From assembly GCA_009392915.1 (NCBI GenBank), contig CP045477.1:352001-416000 (forward strand): a stretch of DNA of 64,000 nucleotides. Direction: 5' to 3'. Positions 29,063-38,994 of the stretch are shown one piece after another. The position numbers and the translations under genes are program-made. The notes under the pieces are model-generated. The model saw nothing but the letters and a program-made list of their open reading frames with translations, did no database searches and had not been told where the DNA came from. Source of the stretch: Candidatus Forterrea multitransposorum CG_2015-17_Forterrea_25_41. GTDB lineage: Archaea > Iainarchaeota > Iainarchaeia > Iainarchaeales > CSSED10-239. Numbering within the stretch: the stretch's first letter is position 1; each line of letters starts with the position of its first letter.

Positions 29063-30096
29063 TTATCAATAGTTTTTTGTTTATTTGAATTAGTTCTAGC
29101 TGTAATAAATTTATCTAAACTATTTACAACTCTTTCTTGAGAAAAATTAAACCTATCTATTAATATATTTTCAATTTTATTACGATCAAACTCAGATTTA
29201 CTTATTTCTGGATTTTTTGAAATTAATGGATTTAAAAATATATTTTCAATTTCTTTATAATCAAAATTAACTACTTTATTTTTTTCTTTTAAAACTTTTT
29301 CAATACTTTCAAAACTATTATTTTCTAATACTAGTTTTAAAGCAGTTTTTGGGCCAATACCTTCAACTTTATCATTAAAATCAGTTCCAATAAGCATTGA
29401 AAGATAAATTAATTTTTCTCTTGAAATATTTAATTTTTCTAAAGTTTCTTTAAGATATATTATTTCAGGATTAATATCAACATAAACATTCTTTGAAGGA
29501 ATTTTTTTCTTTCTTGAAACAGTTAAATTTCTAACAAGATTTGGAGAACCAAATAATAAACAATCAAAATCTTGAGAAACAGTAAAATCTAATATATTTT
29601 CTTTTGTCATGTAAGAAATTTGAGCTTCAGCTTCAGAAGGAGCATTAATTATAGAGATACCCATTGCTTTTAATAGATCTTTTGATTCTTCTATTATCTT
29701 TTCATCAATTGAAGTTATTCTTTTTGAAAACTTATTCATATCTTCAAGATCTCCTCTTAAAACAGCATCTTTAAAATGTTCTTTAGCTATTTCTTTTCTA
29801 GATTTTCTTTCATCTTGTGTTTTTTGCTTTAAATCTATACTTTTTCCATCATATACAAAAAAAACATCAATGTCATTAGATAAAAGGTTAAGCATTCTAT
29901 AAAAAAGACCATTTAAATGGCTAGTAATATCACCATTTTCGTTCTTTAAAGGTTCTCCATCTACACCTCTAATTGTAGTTAAGAACTGATATAGAATATT
30001 ATAAGCATCAAAACCAAATTTTTTATGTTTATGTGTATGATTAAACTCAAATTTCTGTTTTGATTCTTCTATTAGTTTTCCAATTGCAACTCCCAT
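29053..30096 (-). CDS. fen: flap endonuclease 1 (FEN-1)
   Basis: MGVAIGKLI N-terminus, XPG-N/XPG-I pattern and H3TH region (GIGPKTALKLV). Confidence 0.8.
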   Translation of the reverse strand: MGVAIGKLIEESKQKFEFNHTHKHKKFGFDAYNILYQFLTTIRGVDGEPLKNENGDITSHLNGLFYRMLNLLSNDIDVFFVYDGKSIDLKQKTQDERKSRKEIAKEHFKDAVLRGDLEDMNKFSKRITSIDEKIIEESKDLLKAMGISIINAPSEAEAQISYMTKENILDFTVSQDFDCLLFGSPNLVRNLTVSRKKKIPSKNVYVDINPEIIYLKETLEKLNISREKLIYLSMLIGTDFNDKVEGIGPKTALKLVLENNSFESIEKVLKEKNKVVNFDYKEIENIFLNPLISKNPEISKSEFDRNKIENILIDRFNFSQERVVNSLDKFITARTNSNKQKTIDKWF

Positions 30097-30188
30097 ACTA
30101 TATTATTAAATAGATAAAGTATATAAACCTTTATCTGCATATAATATTTATAATGATAAAGTTATTTTTATCATTCTTTAAAAAAAAA

Positions 30189-30260
30189 GCACTCGTAGTA
30201 TAGTGGTTAGTATGTGAGCCTTCCAAGCTTAGGACTCGGGTTCGAATCCCGACGAGTGCA
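30189..30260 (+). tRNA. tRNA-Gly (TCC)
   Basis: Hand-folded. Acceptor GCACTCG/CGAGTGC. Anticodon stem-loop TGAGC-CTTCCAA-GCTTA. T-arm TCGGGTTCGAATCCCGA. A TATA-like TTTTTATC sits at about -25. Confidence 0.85.
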
Positions 30261-30288
30261 CTTAAGCTTTTCGCCAAGCTTGCAGGCG
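30261..30288 (+). promoter_or_regulatory. conserved 28-nt tRNA 3' trailer hairpin (CTTAAGCTTTTCGCCAAGCTTGCAGGCG)
   Basis: 27/28 identical to the tRNA-Ala trailer at 24998-25025. Confidence 0.5.
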
Positions 30289-30446
30289 TTGTTGACAAGC
30301 AAAGATGCTTAGTTAACAAGTATTATTTTATAATAATTAATAAGCATAAATTTAATTCTTTTTCTTCAACAAATATTTTTTATATCTAAAACAACTATTT
30401 ATAAATATAATACTTTAGTAAATATTTATATAAAAGATGATTAAAT

Positions 30447-31052
30447 ATGGCTAAAAGAAATTATGCATCAGAATTAATTAAAAAAATTAATTCAGGAAAT
30501 AAAAAACCAAAAGAACCTACTTCTTATTTCTCAATGAATGATAAAAACAGAATTGAAGAAATAGAGTATAAAAAAAAGAAACTTCAAAAAGAAAGAGAAA
30601 AACTAATTTTAGAATCTAAAAAAATAGCAAGAGAAAATAAAGAAAATGAAGCAATTGATTTAACTAAAGAATTATCAAAATATAAAAATATATTTCATCT
30701 TACAGAAAAATCTTCAAAAGAAGAAATAAATAAAATTATTAGAGATGAATTAAAAAATATAATCAGTAATAAAAAGAAAAATAAAGAAGACATTGTAAAA
30801 CTTGAAATTGAAGAAAGTTTTCTTAAAACAATGAACCAAATTTATAATAAATCAAAAAATAGAGACGATATAAAAGTATATATTGATTTTGTAAAATATG
30901 TTGATCAAATCTCAAAAATACAATTTGGAAGAGATGCATATAAACAAAATCTTTTTAAAAATCAAGCTTTAAAAGAAATTAATTCAAAAATATCAAATTC
31001 TAATGACATACATCAAACTTTTAGAGAAATATTTCTAAGTCTTAGTAAATAA
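30447..31052 (+). CDS. hypothetical Lys/Glu-rich coiled-coil protein
   Basis: ORF track; charged low-complexity sequence. Confidence 0.4.
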   Translation: MAKRNYASELIKKINSGNKKPKEPTSYFSMNDKNRIEEIEYKKKKLQKEREKLILESKKIARENKENEAIDLTKELSKYKNIFHLTEKSSKEEINKIIRDELKNIISNKKKNKEDIVKLEIEESFLKTMNQIYNKSKNRDDIKVYIDFVKYVDQISKIQFGRDAYKQNLFKNQALKEINSKISNSNDIHQTFREIFLSLSK

Positions 31053-31058
31053 AAAGAC

Positions 31059-32450
31059 TTAGAAAAAATAAGGTAAAATATTTAATATAAGTAAAATAAC
31101 TATAATAGTTCCAAAGAACTTAGAAACTTTACTCATTCTTTTCTTTTCAGTTTGTTTTCTTGAAAAATAACCTTCAAAAATAATTCTTGACATCATTCCA
31201 CCATCAAAAGGGAATGTTGGAAGAAAGTTAACTGTGGCAATCAAGAAATTTAATATTGCTGTCCATAAAATAAAGTCAACTGTATGTTTATACCAATTAT
31301 AGTTTGAAGGTATAGGATAATCTTCATCATAACCTACATTATAAGTAAAACCAAATCTACCCATTTCATTTGGTGTTAAATAAACTTCTCTTTCTATATT
31401 TGTATCTATGTTTTTAACTACAAATAAATTATTTGAATCAACATTTGTAATTGATTCACTTAAATCATAACGATTTTTTATTTCTTTACCATTAATAGAT
31501 AGAACAATATCATTTTTTTCTAAAACCCCGTATGCAGGGCTTTCAAATATAGTTCCACAAACAGAAATATTTTCATCAACTGAATTAATGAAAACATAAG
31601 ACTCTCTTTCAATTGCTATGTTTTTAGAATAATCTGCAAAACCTGGAGCTATTAAAAAATAAAGTAAAATAAAAAATATTGCAATAATAGCATTACTTGT
31701 AGGACCTGCTGCAAGCATTCTTATAACAGATTTATTTTTCTTTTTTTCAAGTTGTTTATCATCAGGTTCAACAAAAGCACCTAATGGTAAAATTCCAGCT
31801 AAAATAAAACCCATAGATTTTACTTTTGCTTTAAAAGTTCTAAGTAAAGCACCGTGTGCAAATTCGTGTATTATTGCTGAAAATATTAATATTATCCATC
31901 CATACCATGGTATTAATAAATCTACTTTTGGCATTTTAACACCAGGTAGAACAAGACCAACTCCAGGACATGCATTTCCTGCATTTCCTGCAAATAACTT
32001 AATTACAATATCATATGCAGAAAATACTAAAGATGCTAAAGTAAATCCTGAAAGACCCATGATACCTGTTAAAACACTCATGAAAACTATAAAGTTTGAA
32101 GATATCATTGGATTATTATTAAACACAATTTGTATTAAAATATATGAAAGATATGTAAAAACTATTGAAGATCCTAAAAATATTAAAAATCTTTTATATC
32201 TTGTAGTTATTTTTTCTTTAATAACATAATCAAGACCAAAAGATCCAAAACCTAAAATAATACCAAAATCTGTTAAAAAGTTTAATAGCTTTTTAGGTTT
32301 TGCTAATTTATCTAATAAAGGTATAAATCTTTTTGTTTTTGTCATTATAAATAACCCTAAAAAAATATCTGTTTTAAATATTTTTCTAGAAGCCTGTGAT
32401 ATTAAAAACAAAGAAAATAGTACGATAATAATCCATAGAATTGAATTCAT
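31059..32450 (-). CDS. site-2 protease (M50 family, RseP-like) with PDZ-like insert
   Basis: HEFAHGALL (HExxH) within a TM helix; multiple TM segments. Confidence 0.7.
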   Translation of the reverse strand: MNSILWIIIVLFSLFLISQASRKIFKTDIFLGLFIMTKTKRFIPLLDKLAKPKKLLNFLTDFGIILGFGSFGLDYVIKEKITTRYKRFLIFLGSSIVFTYLSYILIQIVFNNNPMISSNFIVFMSVLTGIMGLSGFTLASLVFSAYDIVIKLFAGNAGNACPGVGLVLPGVKMPKVDLLIPWYGWIILIFSAIIHEFAHGALLRTFKAKVKSMGFILAGILPLGAFVEPDDKQLEKKKNKSVIRMLAAGPTSNAIIAIFFILLYFLIAPGFADYSKNIAIERESYVFINSVDENISVCGTIFESPAYGVLEKNDIVLSINGKEIKNRYDLSESITNVDSNNLFVVKNIDTNIEREVYLTPNEMGRFGFTYNVGYDEDYPIPSNYNWYKHTVDFILWTAILNFLIATVNFLPTFPFDGGMMSRIIFEGYFSRKQTEKKRMSKVSKFFGTIIVILLILNILPYFF

Positions 32451-32504
32451 AATTAATCATTTTTTATTTTATATATTTATTTATAGACATATATAAAAAG
32501 CTTT

Positions 32505-33377
32505 TTATTTAAATTTATAAGCTATAATTTTATATACTAATTTTGCTAAAAAATAACTCTCAGAAGAAAAATTCCAATTAGCCCCTTTTGGTGAAAATTC
32601 AACAATGTCAGCACCAATAATTTCTTTTTCTTTAAAAATTAAATTTAAAATTTTCATTGTTTGATTCCAATTAAATCCACCTGGTTCAGGAGTATTTGTA
32701 TTTTTAATAATTGAAGGATCAAAAAAATCAACATCAATAGATAAGAATATTTTTTTTGGTAATTTTTTTAATTGTTTTTTAAAATTATTTAAAGATTTAT
32801 GTAAATTATCTGCATATATTACAGAAACATTTTTTCCATCTTTTGTTTTTAAAAAATCATATTCATAAAAATCTTGAGATCTAACCCCTGCAATTAATGT
32901 TTTATGATTTTTAGAAATATATCTTGAAACACAAGCATGATGCCAAGTATCTTTTCCCCATTCTTCTCTTAAGTCAGAGTGAGCATCAAGAACTATTATT
33001 CCAAAATCTTTTTCAATTTTTTCAAAAGCAGAAACTACAGGAAAAGTTGTTGAATGATCAGAACCTAAAATTATTGGGAATTTAAAAGAAGAAATATTTT
33101 TATAAACAGCATTTGAAATTTCTTTTGAAACTTTAAAAAAATCTTCTTTATTTTTTAAAAAATTAATTTCTTTAAAAGTATAAATTCCATTAAGATAAGG
33201 TTCTGTTTTTAAATCACAATCAAAATATTCAAGTTCATAAGAAGATTTAATAATTTCTTTTGGTCCCTTATAAGCACCCTCTCCAACAGTTACTTTACCA
33301 TTATAAAGTAAAGGTAAAATACATATTGAAGATTTATCTTTATTTGAATATTCTTTTAAAAGATTTAAAAATTGCAT
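32505..33377 (-). CDS. agmatinase/arginase-family ureohydrolase
   Basis: Mn-binding motifs LDAHSDL and SIDVDFFDP, plus GGxS-like TFPV region. Confidence 0.75.
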   Translation of the reverse strand: MQFLNLLKEYSNKDKSSICILPLLYNGKVTVGEGAYKGPKEIIKSSYELEYFDCDLKTEPYLNGIYTFKEINFLKNKEDFFKVSKEISNAVYKNISSFKFPIILGSDHSTTFPVVSAFEKIEKDFGIIVLDAHSDLREEWGKDTWHHACVSRYISKNHKTLIAGVRSQDFYEYDFLKTKDGKNVSVIYADNLHKSLNNFKKQLKKLPKKIFLSIDVDFFDPSIIKNTNTPEPGGFNWNQTMKILNLIFKEKEIIGADIVEFSPKGANWNFSSESYFLAKLVYKIIAYKFK

Positions 33378-33380
33378 ACA

Positions 33381-35027
33381 TTATCTTTTTTTAACATATT
33401 TTTTATTTTTTACAATTTTTTTTTGTTTCTTAATATCTTTCTTTACTTTTTCTCTAAACTTTGTATCATCTTTTTTTCCATCATTAAAAGAGGATCTAGG
33501 ACCATCTCTCTTTCTATCACCATCAAAGGAAGATCTTGGTTTATGTTTGTCAAAAGAAGGTCTAGGACCATCTCTTTTTCTATCTCCATCAGTATGTGGT
33601 CTAGGTTTATGTTTATCAAAAGAAGGTCTAGGACCATCTCTTTTTCTATCACCATCAAAGGAAGGTCTAGGACCATCTCTTTTTCTATCATCATGGAATC
33701 TATTTTTAGATCTTTGATTTTCAAAAGAGCTTTCAGAAACTGCTCTTTTTCTATCTCTAAAACTTGTTTCATTTCTTGTTGTTCTTGGATTTTGAGAACC
33801 TCTTGATTTTCTTAAAAAACCTACTTGTTTATTAAAAAAATCTTTTGCTCTAATATCTGATTTATTATTTGTATTTTTTTCAACATCTCTAGTCCTATCA
33901 AAAGAAACAACTTTAACTTCTGGAACATCAATTTTTTTAATTGAAAAACCAAATCTTTTACACATTTTTATAAATGTAGGTTCATCTCTATAATCAATAA
34001 AAGTTATTGCTTTTCCTTCTTGACCAGCTCTTGCAGTTCTTCCTATCCTATGAACATACTGAGTATCATCTTTTGGAAGATCATAATTATAAATATATTC
34101 AAGATTATCAATATGTATACCTCTTGCAGAAACATCACTTGATATTAAAACTGCAGTTTTATGAGTATGATATTTATCTATAGTGTGTGTTCTTTTTCTT
34201 TGTTCAAGTCCACCATGAAGTTTAAATGCTTCAACTCCATTTTTAATTAAATTATTATAAATTACATCAACTTCTCTTCTAGTATTTGAAAATACAATTG
34301 ATTTTTTAGGATTTTCTTTAATTAAATGTAAAAGAAGAGAAAATTTTTGATTTGATTTAACAACATAATATTCTTGTAAAAGTTTTGAAGGATCAACTTT
34401 TGATTCAACAGAAACTCTTTCTGCATTTGGAATATATTTTCTTTCAATATTTGAAACATCTTTTGTAATTGTTGCAGAAAACATTAAAGTTTGTCTATGT
34501 CGTGGAATTTTATCAATAATTTTTGAAATATCTTCTGCAAAACCCATATCACACATTCTGTCAGCTTCATCTAATATTAAAAATTTAACTCCCTTTAGAT
34601 TTAAATTACCTCTATTCATTTGATCGATTATTCTTCCTGGAGTTCCAATTACTATGTCTGAAAATCTAATATCTTTTGCTTGTTGAGAAACAGATTCTCC
34701 TCCGTAAACAGCACATGAAATTAATTTTTTAACTTCAGACATTTTTTTAACTTCTTTAAAAACTTGCAAAGCAAGTTCTCTTGTTGGAACAATAATTAAA
34801 GCTTGAACTTTCTTTTCTTTATTAACATTTGGTAAAATACCTGAAAGAAAAGCTACTGTTTTTCCTGTTCCTGTTGCAGATTCTGCAATTATATTTTTAC
34901 CTTCTAAGATTAAAGGTATTGTTTTAATTTGTATTTCAGTAGGTTTTAAAATACCCATATTTGTTACTGCTTGTAATATAGTTTTATCTTTAATTAAACT
35001 ATTAAAATTTTCATTAGAATTAGTCAT
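33381..35027 (-). CDS. DEAD-box ATP-dependent RNA helicase with C-terminal R/D/G-rich tandem repeats
   Basis: Q-motif, AESATGTGKT (motif I), DEAD, SAT and HRIGRTAR present. The C-terminus carries 5 copies of DGDRKRDGPRPSFDKHKPR. Confidence 0.85.
   Translation of the reverse strand: MTNSNENFNSLIKDKTILQAVTNMGILKPTEIQIKTIPLILEGKNIIAESATGTGKTVAFLSGILPNVNKEKKVQALIIVPTRELALQVFKEVKKMSEVKKLISCAVYGGESVSQQAKDIRFSDIVIGTPGRIIDQMNRGNLNLKGVKFLILDEADRMCDMGFAEDISKIIDKIPRHRQTLMFSATITKDVSNIERKYIPNAERVSVESKVDPSKLLQEYYVVKSNQKFSLLLHLIKENPKKSIVFSNTRREVDVIYNNLIKNGVEAFKLHGGLEQRKRTHTIDKYHTHKTAVLISSDVSARGIHIDNLEYIYNYDLPKDDTQYVHRIGRTARAGQEGKAITFIDYRDEPTFIKMCKRFGFSIKKIDVPEVKVVSFDRTRDVEKNTNNKSDIRAKDFFNKQVGFLRKSRGSQNPRTTRNETSFRDRKRAVSESSFENQRSKNRFHDDRKRDGPRPSFDGDRKRDGPRPSFDKHKPRPHTDGDRKRDGPRPSFDKHKPRSSFDGDRKRDGPRSSFNDGKKDDTKFREKVKKDIKKQKKIVKNKKYVKKR
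33470..33695 (-). repeat. intragenic tandem repeats (about 57-nt unit) encoding the helicase RDGPRPSFD tail
   Basis: Repeated ggaccatctctttttctatcaccatcaaaggaagg units. They create spurious overlapping ORFs on both strands (33372-33806 and 33443-33772). Confidence 0.7.
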
Positions 35028-35150
35028 ATTTAATTTTCCTTTTTTTAATTTTATTAAATAAGTTTATAACTTATAAAAGTATTAAACTCAATATATATTT
35101 ATGAAACAAATAGTTTAAAAAGAGCAAAGAAATCCTAAACAAAGCAAAGA

Positions 35151-36044
35151 TTATTTAACAATACCTTTATTTTTTGCAAAATCAAGTATTTCTTTAGGAT
35201 TTTTTAAATTTACATCTAAATATTCACTATTTAACATTTTAAAATCTGCAGAAAAAACATCTATTAAATATAATTTAATTTCTCCATTTGAAAGTCTTTT
35301 ATAAAAACAATTTTTTGGAGTAATATCTAAAATTTGAATAGAATCTTTTAACATAAAATTTGCAGTAACATCCATTAAATTATTTTTGATTTGTAAAAAT
35401 TCTTTTTCAGAAATTAATTTCTCTAAATATCCTTGTGTTACATTTTTAAGAGAAGTAAAATCATATGCAATAAAATGAATTCCTTTTTTAAGATGTGTTT
35501 TAGAAAAAGCAAATCTTGGCTTGATTATAGAAATTCCATTTTGTTCAAGATATTTTAAAAGAATCATTTCTTGAGCAGCATTTTTATAACTATAATTATC
35601 AAGAGCTACTTTAATATATAATGATTTATTTCTACCATTTTTATTTATGGTTAATTTATAAGAAGTAACAGTATTTCTTGACAAATAACTTAAAGATAAT
35701 TTTAAGGGTTCAACCTTAAATCTTCTCTTAGGATCAATATAGGAATATTCTTTTTCACTATTAATAATATTTTGTCTAAATTTTAAAGAGGATTTATTAA
35801 TTTTTCCTTCACCACCAAAAGATTTAAATAAATCATATATAACTTCAATGGAACTTGGAATATAATCTTTATAACCTTTTTTTCCTATACCTCTAGTGTA
35901 ATTTACTAAAGACTTAATTTTAGGATCATAAACAATCAAACTTGATGGAGAATCTTTAGATTTATATTTAGAAGTTTCAATATGTTTTAAAGGAGGTTTT
36001 GAAATTTTGGATGTGTTTTTTTTTAATCTAAAAGGTTTTATCAT
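35151..36044 (-). CDS. divergent protein-kinase-like (ELK) fold protein; paralog of 21207-22001
   Basis: YIKV (beta3 Lys-like), IKPRFAF, DFTSLKN, ILDITPKNCFYKR (HRDxKPxN-like) and YLIDVF (DFG-like). Confidence 0.4.
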   Translation of the reverse strand: MIKPFRLKKNTSKISKPPLKHIETSKYKSKDSPSSLIVYDPKIKSLVNYTRGIGKKGYKDYIPSSIEVIYDLFKSFGGEGKINKSSLKFRQNIINSEKEYSYIDPKRRFKVEPLKLSLSYLSRNTVTSYKLTINKNGRNKSLYIKVALDNYSYKNAAQEMILLKYLEQNGISIIKPRFAFSKTHLKKGIHFIAYDFTSLKNVTQGYLEKLISEKEFLQIKNNLMDVTANFMLKDSIQILDITPKNCFYKRLSNGEIKLYLIDVFSADFKMLNSEYLDVNLKNPKEILDFAKNKGIVK

Positions 36045-36050
36045 AATTAT

Positions 36051-37097
36051 TCAGTCTATTATTTCTATTTTTGGTCTTTCTAAATTAAAAAGATCAGTAT
36101 AGTAAATATAAGCTCCTGCATTTAAGAAAATAACTTTATCTCCTATCTTTGGAACATATCCTTCCTTAAAATATACTCTATATCTAAAAATATCTTCTGA
36201 AGCTGGAGTTAAACCTTTAATTGTATAAGGTTTAAGAGTATTAGTTTCACTTTCTCCATCAACTAAAAGTTTAATATGAGTAACTAAAGTATCCATTGAA
36301 CAATTAAATAAAGATGCATCAATAAAAATAGTATCATCAACAATATTTTTTATAGTTGTAATTAACTTTCCTGAAGGTGCAGCAATACTTCTTCCAGGTT
36401 CAGTTAAAAGTTTAATATTTAAACTATTTAAAAATATTTTAAGTTCTTTTAATTTATCATAAATAACCTCTATTGTTTTAGGATTAATGTTTTTATATAA
36501 AACAGGAAGCCCTCCTCCAATATCTAAAAAATCAATTTTTTCTAAAGTTTCTTTTATAAGAGAAGATGAAATCTCTTCAATTAAAGACCATTCAGATAAA
36601 TTTTGTGTTTTTCTATGGAAATGAACACCTAACTTTTCAATTAAAGGATTATCTTTTAATGAAATAATTAAATCATTAATTTCTTTTGAATAAAAACCAT
36701 AAACAAAAAACTTACCAGTAACAACAGTATATTCTTTAAGTCTCATTCTTAAAAGTAAAGTTATCTTATAATTATTTTTTTTAATTTCTTCTAAAAGAAA
36801 ATTTAAATCATTTTTATTATCAACAATAAATTTATCAATTCCTTCTTTAAAAATTACACTAATCTCTTCTTTATCAGGAGAATGAAGCATATACCATATT
36901 TTTTTTTTATCTTTTATTTTTTCAATCTCATTATTATGATGTATTAAAAAATTAGAAGAGGTGTTTTCTTCTAAAACTGAAGTAATATAAGGATTAGACT
37001 TAACACTATAACAAACAATATCAGATAACTTTTCTACTTTTTTATATTCTTTTAATATTTTTTCTTTTGAAAAAACAAATTTTGCATTTGATTTCAT
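36051..37097 (-). CDS. PLP-dependent fold-type III decarboxylase (ornithine/diaminopimelate/carboxyspermidine decarboxylase family)
   Basis: The PLP-Lys motif CYSVKSNP and the DIGGGLPV glycine loop are visible. Specificity cannot be assigned from sequence alone. Confidence 0.6.
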   Translation of the reverse strand: MKSNAKFVFSKEKILKEYKKVEKLSDIVCYSVKSNPYITSVLEENTSSNFLIHHNNEIEKIKDKKKIWYMLHSPDKEEISVIFKEGIDKFIVDNKNDLNFLLEEIKKNNYKITLLLRMRLKEYTVVTGKFFVYGFYSKEINDLIISLKDNPLIEKLGVHFHRKTQNLSEWSLIEEISSSLIKETLEKIDFLDIGGGLPVLYKNINPKTIEVIYDKLKELKIFLNSLNIKLLTEPGRSIAAPSGKLITTIKNIVDDTIFIDASLFNCSMDTLVTHIKLLVDGESETNTLKPYTIKGLTPASEDIFRYRVYFKEGYVPKIGDKVIFLNAGAYIYYTDLFNLERPKIEIID

Positions 37098-37104
37098 TTA
37101 AACA

Positions 37105-37734
37105 TCACACTTTTAAAACATAAGATGGAAGCTCTAGTTTTAGAGAGATTTCTTTTCCTTCTTTTGTAAAACACTTTAATTGATTTCTTTCAAAATCATA
37201 TGAAACAACTTTCTTTACATTATTTTTTGAAAGTATTTCTCTGTATTTATTAATTCTATTAAGATTTGCAGGAGTTTTTTCTAACTTAAAACCACCTATA
37301 TATTTTGAAAAACCTTTAAACTCTTCAAAAAACCAAGTTTCTAATTTTATTTTTTTAAATTTATTTATTTTAGAAAATTTAATTAAAAAGTCAGCATATT
37401 TTTTTATATCATATAAATTTCTTAAAGAGTTTTTATTATCATTTTTAAAAATTGTTTTTGAAAAATGTATACCATCTCTTTCAATATAAGATAGGAAAGA
37501 TACATATTTTGATTCTCCAACAATTGTTGTTCTTTTTTTATCAGTTAAGAAAGTAACTATTTTATCTTTATTAATAGCTTCATTTAATTCTTTTAAAGAA
37601 GGCTTTTCTGGAAAATATTCATACTTAACATCTTTATATCTTTCATTTAGTTTCTCATAAACACTTTTTTCTCTTTTGAAAGGATTTATTTTTTTTATAC
37701 TGGACCTAACTTTTGAAATACTTTTTTTAATCAT
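37105..37734 (-). CDS. hypothetical protein
   Basis: ORF track; no motif recognised. Confidence 0.4.
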   Translation of the reverse strand: MIKKSISKVRSSIKKINPFKREKSVYEKLNERYKDVKYEYFPEKPSLKELNEAINKDKIVTFLTDKKRTTIVGESKYVSFLSYIERDGIHFSKTIFKNDNKNSLRNLYDIKKYADFLIKFSKINKFKKIKLETWFFEEFKGFSKYIGGFKLEKTPANLNRINKYREILSKNNVKKVVSYDFERNQLKCFTKEGKEISLKLELPSYVLKV

Positions 37735-37737
37735 ACT

Positions 37738-38673
37738 TTAAAGCACTCCTTCTTTTTTTAAAGTATCAAGAGCAGAAACCATAGCTATTGGAAAAGTAAT
37801 TGTAACATCTCCAATAACAGTCACTGCATCAGAATTATCTTTAATCTTACCCCAAGATTTAGCTTCATCAGTTGTTGCACCAGAAAGACTTCCTGAACGA
37901 GGAGAGGCAGTTGTCATATAAAGAGCATAATCTGCTCCACCATTAATTAAAGTTGTAAGAATAATATGATGTTTTGAAACTCCACCACCAAGAGCAACAA
38001 TTCCTTTTTTTTCATCATGTGATGTTGAAAAAATAATATTTCTAAAATCATTAATAATATCAACATTAAAATCTTTATGTTCTTCTTTAAACAAATATAA
38101 ATGAAAACCAAAAGAGCCATCTGTTATTGCAGGACAAAAGACAGGAACATTGTTTATTGCTGCTTGATAAAGTATTGATGAAGGATCATTTAACTTAAGA
38201 CCAATCTCTCTTAAAAGTTCAGAGATTGTTAAAGATTTTTTTTCTTTATAAACTTCTAAAAGTAAATTTTTAATTTTTGCTTCAAGTTTTTGGTATTGAT
38301 CATTTGTAATTAAAATATTACCAACTCTATTTTCTCCTCTTTCATATAATTCTTCATCATTTGAAGAAAATGAACCTAAAATAAACTTATCTCCATCAGC
38401 TTTCATAATATCTTCTTCAATTGAACCTACAGTTGTAACTATAACATCACACATTTTCTTTTCAATTAACTGTGCAAAGAAACCTCTTAAACCAGAAGTT
38501 ACCATGTTAGAAGTAAATGAAAAATAAACTTTTGCACCTTCTTTTTTCATTTTAACTAAAAGATCAGATGCTCTTTTAAGTTCATAACTTTGAAAACCTA
38601 TCTTTCCATAACCTTCTAATAATTCTGAAACTGTTAAATTTTCTTTCCATAAAAAATCTTTTGTATAATCCAT
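37738..38673 (-). CDS. dys: deoxyhypusine synthase
   Basis: GGGVSKHH motif and overall collinearity with DHS (NAD-binding, spermidine-binding regions). Confidence 0.85.
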   Translation of the reverse strand: MDYTKDFLWKENLTVSELLEGYGKIGFQSYELKRASDLLVKMKKEGAKVYFSFTSNMVTSGLRGFFAQLIEKKMCDVIVTTVGSIEEDIMKADGDKFILGSFSSNDEELYERGENRVGNILITNDQYQKLEAKIKNLLLEVYKEKKSLTISELLREIGLKLNDPSSILYQAAINNVPVFCPAITDGSFGFHLYLFKEEHKDFNVDIINDFRNIIFSTSHDEKKGIVALGGGVSKHHIILTTLINGGADYALYMTTASPRSGSLSGATTDEAKSWGKIKDNSDAVTVIGDVTITFPIAMVSALDTLKKEGVL

Positions 38674-38773
38674 AAATAATCTTTATTTTTTGTTTATTTT
38701 ATAAATATTATATAGAAAAAACAATATTTAAATATACTTATAGAATAAATATATATATATAAATTATAAAGAT

Positions 38774-38977
38774 GTGAAATTTATGAAAAAAAGATATAAA
38801 AGAAATAGTAAAGATGTTATAATTGGTGGAGTTGCAGGAGGACTTGCAAATTATTTTAATGTTGACCCTGTATTTATAAGACTTGCATGGGTAATCCTTT
38901 TATTTGTAAGTTTTGGATTAATGCTTCTTGTTTATATTATTATGTGGATTGTTGCTCCAGTTGATCCAAAAAATTAA
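38774..38977 (+). CDS. PspC-domain stress-responsive membrane protein
   Basis: VIIGGVAGGLANYFNVDPVFIRLAWVILLF is a canonical PspC domain and is followed by a TM helix. Confidence 0.6.
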   Translation: MKFMKKRYKRNSKDVIIGGVAGGLANYFNVDPVFIRLAWVILLFVSFGLMLLVYIIMWIVAPVDPKN

Positions 38978-38994
38978 ATTTTATAGAAAGGGTT

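Noticed and set aside
30131-30319. 62-aa ORF on the minus strand
   Set aside because: Overlaps tRNA-Gly and its conserved trailer; no coding signal.
33372-33806. Overlapping ORFs on both strands (33372-33806 + and 33443-33772 -) inside the DEAD-box helicase gene
   Set aside because: Generated by the intragenic 57-nt tandem repeats encoding the RDG-rich helicase tail. The helicase frame is the only one with motifs.
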